This document shows, one piece after another, positions 39,633 through 51,600 of a stretch of DNA of 64,000 nucleotides. The stretch is from Phoronis australis (taxonomy: Eukaryota; Animalia; Phoronida). The translations under genes and the position numbers were made by a program. Numbering within the stretch: position 1 is the first letter of the stretch; each line of letters opens with the position of its first letter. The stretch is from assembly GCA_002633005.1 (NCBI GenBank), contig NMRA01000640.1:1-64000 (forward strand). The letters are read 5' to 3'. The notes beneath the pieces were generated by a model, which worked only from the letters and a program-made list of their open reading frames with translations, did not search any database and was not told where the DNA came from.

Positions 39633-40959
39633 TTACAGCTTACAACACACTAAACATTCCCTAAATCCAACGTAGTTGAGTTCTCTACTAACCTATCTTG
39701 CCGCAGAATACTTGCCGATGGTAAGTGGTGGCGACAATTGTTGAAAAACAGCACAAAACAAAAGTAGAATAGAACAGATTCGCACGGTAACGTCTACGCA
39801 AAACCAAGTGGCGGGAAACGCTTGCCTCCTAAAACGTCACTTCCGCAGTAGCGGACGAGTAATTAATAAAATTACGAAAAGCTGTAATTAAGTGGGAAAT
39901 ATGTCTAGGATAACCAACCAACCTTATTTTAGCTCAAAATGACATGGAAAAAGGTTGCCTTCGCCTTTAAACTGATGAATTATATCGAATACTCCTCAGC
40001 TGTGTTTGGATTTAGGTACAAAGTTGGATTTATTATTACGTTTTATAATTACTGCGGACAGTGCTAGAAAAAGTTTGAGCCCCTGGTCGCGTTACATTTC
40101 TCTTGTCGCCACAATTGTAAAACTGCTTCCCCGTCCCCAGTCGCCATAATGTTCGAGTGCCCCAATGACAACGAGACGGGGCCTCACTTTGCTCTCTCCC
40201 CGGAATTTCCTAGCGTATGTAGCTTAAAGAGGTCTGGAACGCGAAAGCACCTCAAAAAAAAAATTTAAAAATTCCTAATGGAAGTACTGCCTAACAACGA
40301 CTAGTACAAAATAATTCTATTTCCGCTGTAAGGAAATTCCTGAAGAAATCACACCATTCACTGTTTTGAAGTACGTGCGAAGGAAGACTTCCATGGTTAC
40401 CTCAGAGTTTCTAATCCCCCTCCCCCCTACATGTGTATGACTGTCAGTTGCTTGAAGTCGCTTGAGGTCAAAGGTCACGTTTCCCACATAAAGGAAATGT
40501 GTTATGTCTATGACTTGCCATACCAGATATGGGGACCTGCTTTGCCTTGTGGGAGAAAAATCTACAAAGTGGCGAGCAATTATCATATCATGACTTGTTA
40601 TCAACGAAAATTAAAAATCTTTACGAAAAACCGTAAAAGTACCTGGCGGCCAAGTTGAATTCTGTTTCAGTGACCGAGAACCACTTTCAATATTGCAACT
40701 TCGTCTGGTTATCGCATTCCAGGCCTTTGTAATACCTGTACATTATTAACCACTATTTTCGGACACAGGGCAGCTCAATTAACATTCGAGTTACTCTTTT
40801 TGCGGACTGGATCAATAACGTACACGTAAGAATAAAATTTTTTTTTGAATTCAACTTTGGTTTACTCGTAAGGTATTTTTACAGTCTAGATTGCCCTTGT
40901 ATGTCAAACTTTTACAATTAATCTTTATGAAATTAAATCTTTCAGACAATACCGATGCC

Positions 40960-41101
40960 ATGTTAAAAGGAATCCGTATACCACCAAAGCGACTGGTCTT
41001 TTTCATCGCCAGCGTTTTAATCGCTGCGATACTCATTTATCAGAAGAACACCAAGCTATTGCTAAGACATGTCGACGTCATTCATACCGTTGAGGACAGA
41101 G
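40960..41101 (+). CDS. Carbohydrate sulfotransferase (CHST11-like, Sulfotransfer_2 family), coding exon 1: type II signal anchor
   Basis: MLKGIRIPPKRLVFFIASVLIAAILIYQK: basic N-tail plus transmembrane segment. Acceptor TTCAG ending at 40945 upstream. Donor AG|GTAACT after 41101 is phase 1 and matches exon 2. Confidence 0.75.
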
Positions 41102-41699
41102 GTAACTATAAACGTTTTAGTGTTAAGAATACATTTCACCGGAAATTAACGGATATGAGTATTGCCACTTTTCTAGCTGTATCAACTTCTTTTTTTCTAC
41201 TTTCCTTACTTGTAAATTGTCTCTTTGGCAATCTTTTTGAGAGCACTTTCGAAATGTCGAGTTTCATCGACGACATGTTATTTGGCAGTTCTTGGTGAGC
41301 CGATTCGTTGACGAGCCGGTGTCGCCCCCTGTGCCAGGTTGCATGAAACAGTCTCAAGCAGAAACTAATCGCTTAAATAATTAGAGCATTAAACTGTGTC
41401 TTTGTTTATTTGCAATTCTAATACAAAACGCCTCTTTTACTCATGTTATTTGTAGCAATATTACTGAATACTGGGTCCGACTCTTTATTTTATAAATAAA
41501 TAGGGATGCTGAAGTCAATGTAGAGTTTATTCTTGGTGTGTATCACGCTGCAGTTTTCTTGGAACGGGCTATGTATTCCATCAGGGGGCGTAGTGAAGCA
41601 GCCTTGTACAGATCCCAGATTTTGCTGTGTAACTTGTTCAAATTGTACAACTGGTGATAAATATTCATTTTGGACTGAGATTCATCATTATAACCAGGA

Positions 41700-44600
41700 C
41701 ACACAGAGAAACCAATGTTGTAAGTTTTGGAGATTCGGTCATTTGAATATAGTTCATCTCGATTTTGTAAAGGAATTACTTGGGCAAACTGATTTTGACT
41801 TCTGACTTACTACTTACACTGGGTCATCCTCTGCTGTGTGCGTTGTGGTGGCACACAAAGACCACTATGTTTTAATATTGACAGGACTGTTGTCAACCTT
41901 TAAAGAATACTGAACAGTCCACGCTGAGATTCTAAGTCCTGACAATGGATGCAAAACAAATGGAAGAACGGCTGGCGATAATGGAAGAAAAATTATCAAG
42001 TCAATTCAGCAAACAATTAAACAAGAAATGATGGAACTTAACACTGAATTATCAAAGATCAAAAAATGAAGTACTCAATGAAAAGATTAATAAACTAGAA
42101 CAATTTTTACGGAGAAACAACATAAGACTATGTGGATTGAAAGAAGACGACACAGAGAACAGCTTGGAAGTGATTAGAGGCTTTGTAGAGAAATTATTGA
42201 ATATCAAGATTGAGCCATCAATGATTGATAGAGCCCACAGTATTGGAAAACCCTCACCGAGAACCATAAGACTGCCAATCAACTTTAGGCCAAGGCCAAC
42301 AATTGTAAAATTCACATCATACCAATCTAAACAGAGAGCCACGGAGAAGACAAAACTCTCAAAGGCAGCTATTATCATCTTCTTAAGACGGCTTATAATG
42401 ACAGCAGAGTTAAATCCAGTCGACCCAAAGACGGACGTATTTTATCCAGTTGAACAGTGGTCCAACGAAAGTTATCTTGCATGAGTCTGATATTTGATGT
42501 TGGGAATTACACTAAGTCATATGGTTGACGACTTTTGAACTTCTACCTGATTGAAGAACGAAGACGGACATAGACTTTGCGGACACTTTCAGTTATTTTA
42601 AGTTTTGTGTTGTAGTTACGTTGTATAAATGTGTGAGTGCATGTATCAATTAATTGTATATTGTTATGGTTATTTTTGGAAATTTAATATTATTTTACGT
42701 CTGCTTGTACTGTCATGTAGATAAGGGTTTCTGGTTAGATAATGGTTAAATCAGACCGTATTACTTTAAATTGCAAGGGGGGTTAACAATGAAACAAATA
42801 GACGTCAACTTTTTGACTTCCTTATAAAAAACAAAAGATTGATGCGGCCTTCTTACAGGAAACCTATAGTTCGGACATGGCTTGATCTAAATGATATTTA
42901 GAATGTAAGGGTTACATTTTTGCTTTTCAGGGTTCTCAACATAGTCGGGGAGTTGCCATCTTCTGCTCCAGAGCCATAGAATTTAAATTTGTTGGCCAAG
43001 ATCCAGATGGAACATATGTTTATGTGGAGGCTATTGCAGACAATAGCACTTGTCGGGATGAAAATACTTTTCAACTATCTTTTTTGATAAAATAAATTTT
43101 GTTTTACACAAATATGGAAATGTTAATAATATTTTCTGTGTAAGGGATTATAACTGTCTCTTAGGAAAAATAAGACAAACAGAGGCTGAGGAACACAAGC
43201 TGCAAGCGAGTTGTTAAAGACCGTATCAATATTTTATCTAAAAAGTATAAATCTTTTTGACGTTTGAAGGTATCTAACATCCTGGAAAAAGCAGCAAAGC
43301 AGTTTACGTGGCATAATAAGCCTTTGAAGTCCCAAAGCAGCATTAACGTTTGGCTTCATTCCGAGTTTTTAAGGACCTCGTTAAAAGTAGTATTCTTAAC
43401 GATTCATGTATTTTGATGAATGCTGCTGTTAAAATCGCAGTTTCACTCAATGCCATTTTTGCCAGAAGGCCTGGTTTTTGAAACTTACCTACAGCCTTTA
43501 AGAAAATGAATATGTCTTTGTAAATAGTTTGAAAGAAATTATTGCAAAACTGGTGGAGGAATATGCAAACCTAACCAATGAACACACAAAATGGGAAACG
43601 GTAAAAATTAAAATCAAGGAACACACCATACTTGTTTCAAAACAAAAAGGGACCACTGATAATAATACAGAAAAGGAACTCGTTAATTTGGTAAATAATT
43701 TGACAGTTAAATTAGAAAAAGATAACTAAAAATGAAGCTATGTAAGGCTTGAACAGAGCCAGAGCAGAACTGAAATTACTGCAGACCCAAAAAGTAAAAG
43801 GATAGATGATCAGAAGTAGAACTCAATGGATATTTGTTCAACACAAGACAATGGGTTTCAACTTACTAGACTGCCTTCAAAGTTTTTGGGAAGTGTCTGG
43901 ATTAAAGTTAAATCCAAATAAGTGTGAAGGCTTCCATAACGTTAAATGGTCTGCAGAGCCATCAAATGTTTAGGTATGTATTTTGGACACAATAAGGAAA
44001 AACATTGCCATAATGATGATGACAAAATTTAAAATTTTCAAAAAACAGATACGCTGTATATGGGAAAATGCTTTTCTTGGAAGAATTGAAGTGATCAAAA
44101 CATTTGCTCTGTCCAAAATAATTTATGTTATGAATATTTTAGATATGCTTCCTTACAAAAAATAGGAGATGAACAATATTATACAGGGTTTCATCTGGCA
44201 AAATAAAACCCCAAAAGTTAGAAGAGATATTGCTGTAAATAGCAGGGAAAGAGGGGGTTTAGCTGTTCCAAATATCAACATTTTGTATACGTCCTTGTTA
44301 ATTAAATGAAATAAACTACTATAGAAGAAAAAAATAAGCATTAATGGGATGCTTTCCCTCATTACGTTTATAGAAAGTATGGAGGTTGTTTAACCTTAAA
44401 ACCTAATGATGCTAATAACAATATGATTATAGAAAATTTCAAACTATTGTACTCTGATGTATTATGGGCTTGGGAACAAATAACAGACTCTTTACATTTA
44501 TGTAAGAATATTGGTTTGAAAAATCAAACTGTATGGAATAACAAAAATATTTTGATAAATCAAAAACTGTGTTCTGCATCATTTAATATAATGCTAGAAT

Positions 44601-45424
44601 TGTTTTTGTTCAAGACTTCTTAGATTTTGAAAACAAATTATTATCTTAGTGGGCTTAAAAGGGGATCAGTTTAAGCAATTGGATAAGGTACAACGCTCTG
44701 GTTAAGGCAATTAAAATTTCAAACATTGAGTTAATTGAAAGAGCCAGCAGCACCACATCAGATTGACACGCGATGGACAAAAGATGTATTACTTTCCAAG
44801 GAGATATCAGTTCATAATGTAGAACAGTTTGTTAGAATTATTTGCGAAGCAGCAGATTAACAAATTAAACTGATTTATGTTATGCCTTTTAAATTATTGC
44901 TCAAACTCATTTGAACGTTTTTAAGCATTAACAAATTCATAAAAATAGACAAACTATATTTTAAAGAAAATTAAAAATGTTCATTTTGTGGATTCGTAGG
45001 AACGTTTAATCACTTGGTTTGGAATGTGAGCATGTACTTTCTTATTTGAATGAACTACATACATGTATTTCAAATGTTGTCCTAACATTTGTATACTTTG
45101 GAGATCATTGTTATGAAATTAACCACATATTAATTTTAGCTCAATGCTGCATACATACTTGTTCCAAGTCTTCATGTATTCCTGCACTTAAGAGATTTCA
45201 CCAAATTTTATTTAACATTGTCAAGACATGGAAAAGTATGAAATGGAGAGAATCACCCCCTCAGTTGCTGGGATTTTTTGAAGCCTTTATACATTCAGTA
45301 TAAATTCTAAGCAGAGTTGAAATGTGTGAATGCGAGAATGAATGTAGTTTTGTTTATTTGTTTTCTTTTATTGTATTCCATTGTTAATTTATGTTTCTGC
45401 AAATAAACTTATTTGCAGTAAAAA
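41700..45424 (+). mobile_element. Degenerate L1/Tx1-type LINE (ORF1 + ORF2 with RT core deleted) in the sulfotransferase intron
   Basis: ORF1: LEQFLRRNNIRLCGLKE...IDRAHSIG...RPRPTIVKF. ORF2 endonuclease motifs TLNCKG, FLQETYS, HSRGVAIF. Later SGLKLNPNK, LGRIEVIKTFALSKIIY, FIWQNKTPKVRR. AATAAA and short A tail at ~45402-45424. Confidence 0.85.
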
Positions 45425-45683
45425 GCCTATCAAGATAGTCCAATTCGTTTCGCTTAACAGTCGAAAAGAGCCTCAAAAGACATTTGTCAGTTAAATTGTG
45501 TTGAAAGTTAGTGATGTTGCAAATACATTTTGAAAACCTCGTGCATCAAATGTTTGTGCACCCAACGCGTCACTTCGGATGCAGTTTCATAGTCACGCCT
45601 GTTCATAAACTGAATCATCTAATTATCAGAATTACTCTTACTAATTGTACAAATGTTATACTGTTTTTTCTTGTTTTTTCAAG

Positions 45684-46576
45684 GGTTTACCACAAGAGGA
45701 GCAGCTGAGTCTCGAGAAACTGTGAAAGAGCTCACAGCAGAGGAGAGAAACGAGTTAGCAAAAAGGCGGGTGGCGGAACAGTGCCAGAAAATGCCGCAAT
45801 TACGCGCAGGGTCAATTACTGATCAACTACTTCGACGACTGGTCGTTAATGATATGTATAAGATCATCTGGTGCATCGTCCCGAAAGTGGCGTGCACAAA
45901 TTGGAAGCGAGCGTTCCTGGTGCTCAGCGGTCGCAATAAAGAGAGCGTCTCCGGCATGTCACGCGGTGCGGTTCACGGACAACCGTTTGATACGCTGGCA
46001 TCTTTTGCTGGTGATGAGGCAGCCATCGATTACAGATTGAAGAATTACAAAAAATTTATCATAGTTCGAGATCACTGGGATCGTCTCAGGTCCTGTTTCA
46101 AAGATAAATACGCGAACATGAGCAAGAATGATCCGGGATTTTTGTATAGTGCGGGAATGCCCAGTCTCAGATCGTTTTCGAATTCCCCGCAACCCACACG
46201 TGAAGGTTTCTTGCGCTTTTTAGTAGAGGACCCAAAAAGCCTCAGTACAAATCCCATTTATTATCCCGAAAACGAGCATTGGCTTCCATACCACCAGCTT
46301 TGCAAACCTTGTGACATTTCGTACGACTTCATCGGACACTTTAGAACTTTTGCGCAAGATTCGAATTTGATTCTCCAAAAAGCAAATATAACAGAAATTG
46401 TTGGCGAGTTTCCAGAAACCAGGATGCCACACGAACAGCTTGCACAGAACGCGTCGAAACTCGTCCTTACTCGGAATTTCTACAAAGGAGTTAACAGAAC
46501 TTTACTAAAAAATGTTGCGCATATCTACCGAGAAGACATGGAGTTGTTCGACTTAGAACAAGAATCGTATGTCTAG
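45684..46576 (+). CDS. Carbohydrate sulfotransferase (CHST11-like, Sulfotransfer_2 family), coding exon 2: catalytic domain; spliced product about 344 aa
   Basis: 5'-PSB motif WCIVPKVACTNWKR, 3'-PB-like KKFIIVRDHWDRLRSCFKDK, and NEHWLPYHQLCKPCDISYDFIG. Polypyrimidine tract with AG at 45682-45683; stop TAG at 46574-46576. Confidence 0.92.
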
Positions 46577-48541
46577 TAAAATGTTGCCTCTCCGGCAATC
46601 AATTTCTTAAACACACAGGCAGCGCTAGGTTAAGTCAACTTTTAAAAATGGCAATCAAGATACACGTAACGTCCATTAATTGTCCCGTTGAAGCAATCAA
46701 TGAACTAATGTAATAAGGTTCAGCTTGAAATTGAAGAAATAACATTATATTATAAAATAATTACTGTTTTCTTGACTTTGCTACGTGTATTGTGTAGTGT
46801 TCTTATGGAGCTGGGGTTAAATATAGTTTTTTGTCCGATTTCAGACAACACTGCACCCTAAGGATCCAATAGCACCACAGATGCACTTAGTCATAAAAAG
46901 AAGAACGTCTAAGATACATACACCTGTAACGGTCAGACATTCCTCAATCGTGAATTTCAAAACTTTGCCACCTTAACCACACAAACGCCGAAGTCGAATT
47001 GAAAATGTATTAGAACAAGAAATAACTACATTTACAATAATCTGATTGAAAGAAACGTATTCACATTACAACAACCAAAAAGCATCATATACAATACCGA
47101 AACTGTCTTGAAAATGCGAATAATTGGCATGGGTTTTCTTAAGCACTCAATACAAATTACAAATAATGGTGCCCTAGCAGTAGCCATAAAGAGAACGTGA
47201 CTATTGATCACCCAACACATCTACACTTGGCTCTCTGACCAGTGCAGTTGAACCCCACAGGGGACAATGCCTAGGTAAAGTTCACCACCGCAGCCGATCA
47301 CAATGCAAAACCGAACCGACAACGAAACATGAAATGTCTGAATAAACAAGCAACTGGGTCCAATAGCAATGAGCTTGTTGACTGCATACAAAACTAGCTT
47401 TACATCTTTGAATGCTACACAACATATGTTACATATTCATAACAACTTGCTAAACGCCCTTTTCATTTCAATACACATCAGCTCAAACCAATCTAGTTTC
47501 TAATAAGGTGCCTGCATTTAAGTTCGCACTAAGATACTGACGACTGGGGCATATGGACACGTTATTGTACAGGATTTATCTTTGGCACACGCCCCACAAC
47601 ATTGGCACACTAAAATTCCACTGGGCACACTGTGTAATGACTGAACATTGCACAAGCATCCTTCCACACCTCCACACAGTCAGGCTAGTTGTACAATAAC
47701 AAAAGCAGAGTTTCATCAAATTATGAGAAAAATATTCATCTCAATTTGTGAAATCATTGAAGCACATTCTGCTGCCTTTAGACCACCATCTTTTTATTGT
47801 ATCCAGCTGGCCACTTCCTTAGCAACGCATCTATCTAATTTGCATAATTGCCACCCGTCTTCACATGCTTTCTTCACAGTTCTGGACATGTACAGCAGTG
47901 AGGAGTTAAAAATTCCCAAAGAAAAGAAACAGCAACACACCATCTACTTACACCATCTCAGTGGAGACACCTGGTGTCTGCATCTCAGTTTGTCTACATC
48001 TCAGTTACATGCATAACATTGATACAAAGCATTTTTAGTCAGTGTTAATGTGAACAAATCAACAGAATACATGTGTACACATGTGTAAACATATACACAA
48101 CTGGTTAACGTGCGTTATCAATAGTAACAAAACTATACCCAAGTGTTTGTAACAATATTCACCAATGAAATTCAGACCAAAACCATTTCTATACAGACAC
48201 GCTATTCAGTGGAACGATATCCAATGTCGTTTCGTTCGTTTTACAGAGCTCCATGCCAACATTACCAAGTCATTCAGTTCTGGCATTTCTATGCATCACA
48301 TTTTCCACCACAAAACAAATTTCAACTGTACTTTTTCAAGTAGCTCTCCTCCACTGAGACCTGAGTTCATCGCAGGCCATAAGCCAGCCCCCTATGCACA
48401 CAAACACAAACATTTCCAGTCGAATTGAACAACAAATGGTGCTGTCATCAGCCGCCCATTGCACCGTTAGTGTTGAGCTTTGTTAGTAGTTGAATGTCGT
48501 GCCTTGGGTTGACGACCTTATTGGAGGGCTCCGTCTGTGTC

Positions 48542-48644
48542 TTAGGCGAGACCGAATCCCTCGGAGCACTCGTTGATCGCCAGTAACAACATGTTGCGAA
48601 GCTTGTCGTAGGTCTCGTATGCAGGCAGATCCAGTTGGTTGAAG
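48542..48644 (-). CDS. HUWE1: HUWE1 last coding exon (C)[33 protein letters not shown]
   Basis: CAG acceptor at 48645-48647; TAA at 48542-48544. Confidence 0.95.
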
Positions 48645-51600
48645 CTGGAAAGAGAGAGAGAGACCCCTGGAGCAACTTTCGTAACACTATTTTTGCAATA
48701 CAACAGAAACAAGTATGGTTTACTTAATTGTAATTGATTTGAATGCTTGGTTTTTGAACCATAAGCATCGGCATTGATGCCGTATTTGAGTCCCGGTGTG
48801 CAGAACTATTTGTCCAACTCACCACGTGTGCGCACACGGCAAGCGATCTGTCGAGCGGTCGTCGCGGTGCACCTGGAATCTCTGCACCCCGTTCATCCCC
48901 TCCAGATGGGCAAAGCCCTGTAGGGGCACCTTGGAGGTGCCAGTCACAAACTGCAGGAAGTTGGCACGCTCCGCCTGGTCAAATGAGCGCAGCGCCCTCC
49001 AAAACCATATGATCTGTGCAACAAGAAGAAATTTAATAACACTAAGCAGAAACAACCCACAAACTACTGCATGGACTCGCCAGTGTGGGAATGTTTATTG
49101 ACTTGTTGTATTTGGCAGTCAGTGAGTCGGGCTTGTGAGTTGGCAAACTAAGTTTACTGCACCCATGAGCCGTGGTTATATGTCAGAAACTCCACTGCAA
49201 GAATGCGACTGCTGTGTTGTGTAGAGTTCACATGATTAGGAGTTTTATAAAATTAAAAAACAAACAGAAACACAGGCTTTGTTTACACAGTAAATAGTTA
49301 AAATTTTCAAACACTTTTTTTTCATCGTGAACTAATCATTTAATTTTCATTACGTCTAATATTTCTGAAAACAGAGTCCTTATTTAAATGAAAATACACA
49401 TCAGGTACTAAGTCCTTCCAACAGAGGGGCTGCATTAAAGGACCTCTAATTATTTTCAATAACATCAAGAACTCAGAAAATGTGTTACCCTTGCTATGTA
49501 TCAAAGCTAAAATGTGTTACCCTTGCTATGTATCAAAGCTAAAATGTGTTACCCTTGCTATGTATCAAAGCTAAAATGTGTTACCCTTGCTATGTATCAA
49601 AGCTAAAATGTGTTTCCCTTGCTATGTATCAAAGCTAAAATGTAACGATGAAGATGAAATTGAAGAAGAAAGGACAAGCAGTGTTTGCCCAACGACCACA
49701 ATGTGATAAAAGTTTGCGAAACACAGCCGAGTCTCTACTGGGACTGTTTCATGCAACTGACCACCGTAAACTTGCCTTCGACAAAAAAAAAACAATAATG
49801 GCAGTTGCATAAGGATTAAGAAATGTTATGTGAGCTATCTCCCACTTATAACGCAGTAGATTGGTCGTTAGAATATCAAATAACAGAAAACGAATAACAA
49901 GTACCCTGGCACTTAATCCATGTGCAAAAAAATAACTCCATCAAAGCCATAGCGACCCAAACCCAATGATGACCACTCACCAATTTGAAGGCCCCGGGTC
50001 ACGTGACCTTTCTCCACCACTGCTTACCTGCAGGCTGTTAGCCTGGTACTTGTGATACTCTGTGTTGGCCTTCAGGTCATCGATATCGACGGTAGGCAGG
50101 CCGGATATGAGCAGCTCCAGTTCATGCTCGTTGAAAATGGAGATTAGTCGCTTAGGGATGACGTCGTAGAAGCCTTCCAGGAAGGCGTTGAGCTGCTGTC
50201 GGATAGCACCAGTCATCTTCATCTGACAGACTAGTTTGACATATTCCGCCTTCGTTTCTTCAGTGACGGGAATCGTGTGACCGTCAGGCTTGAGGTCACG
50301 GATCTCCGTTACGCCAAACTCCTGGATCTGAAATGTAACGATTTGTAAAACTGCAACAAATCTGCACGTCCAACCATATCTCAGCTATCTTCACTCGGTC
50401 TACAGCAGTTTCATTAACATCAATCAACTAATTATCAAAAAATCCTAAAGTTTCATTCACGTTAATTTTAGGTAAAAATTGTTGAGAGTTGTACTAAATG
50501 TTAACAAAAAACAAAAAATGAGTGAAACCGTAACACAACAGTTTTAGTGATAATTGTCAAGAACTCATGATAATCAAAAATGTTTGGAAACTAATTTTCC
50601 AGATTGTGCTCACCAGCTTATAATAACAATGTTGGAAATTTTTCAAGCCAGCGATTGGAAAAAAGTCTGAGAAATTTTCATGGCCAGACGTACATATCCT
50701 ATTGCCTAACAAGACCAGCAAAAATAAACACTCAGAATATTTCATCAGTGACAAGACTGACTACTGTAACTTAGCAACCAGTGGCTCATTAATTGCTTCC
50801 TCCATGAAATCCCGCACCCAATCTTGTTGGGGAGAGCCATCTTCAAAGTAAATTGAGAAAGACTCCATTAAGCATCCTTGGAACAGTCCCAACAAAATGT
50901 ACCTCCGTGCTGAAAGTGAGGTCGTAGCCGAGCGTGTCGATGTCATTCTCCATCAGATAGACGAGTCCCTGGTAGAATGAATAGTCCTCGCTCTCCATGT
51001 CTGTATACCTAGAAGGGTAAAAAGGCAGTACTGTATAAAACATGCTTCGTCTTTCATCAATCGTCTCCCTCACTGGGCAGGTTGTCAACAATTAAATCTT
51101 CAGAATTTGACTAACACCGCAGTATTGGTGGGGGGAGCGCTGTAATGCTAGTCTGAAACACCTGGGTAACAACACCAAAAGTTGTCCCAAGGTAAAGCCG
51201 TGTTATCTAAATAGCGCTCAATATACCTTTTACATATTGTCATAGGTATTACGATTTAACAACTGATTAGGCGAATTTCATCAAACATTCCTCAAACTTC
51301 ATCTAAGAAGTGTCCAAAACCTGGGAGTAAAATACCACAAAACATTTAAGAAAATTCAAAAGTTTTGTCCCAAGATTTTATCAGTTTTTAACAAGAAGAG
51401 ATTTAGTTGAAAACAATTGCTGCCAATGCAGTCACTCACTTGACCGGCTTGCCCATGATGTGTTTGTAGAAGGAGCGGGTAAAATAGCACTCCAACAGCT
51501 TGTTGTCATATATTGCCTTGGCGATGACCCGGCCGACGAACTTGAAGTAACTTAGGTGGTTGGAGTTGCAGTGCGAGGCCGGGTTAATAGTGTACGTGAC

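Larger units (their letters stand above)
38278..39966 (+). mobile_element. Young internally deleted Kolobok-type DNA transposon (copy 2, different family)
   Basis: TTAA TSD at 38274-38277 and 39967-39970. Near-perfect ~158-bp TIRs (38278-38435 / 39809-39966) starting AGGCGAAGGCAACC. Convergent THAP (+) and KolX-like (-) ORFs. Confidence 0.9.

Noticed and set aside
18118-40670. 19-bp inverted match CACTGAAACAGAATTCAAC (~18120 vs ~40654) suggesting a giant element
   Set aside because: Neither match sits at a definable terminus with a TSD; more likely internal pieces of a dispersed TTAA-type non-autonomous family.
49477-49643. 32-bp direct repeats of CRISPR-like length (also the 21-bp and 19-bp arrays)
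   Set aside because: Head-to-tail with no spacers, no cas genes, and a eukaryotic intron context: these are minisatellites.
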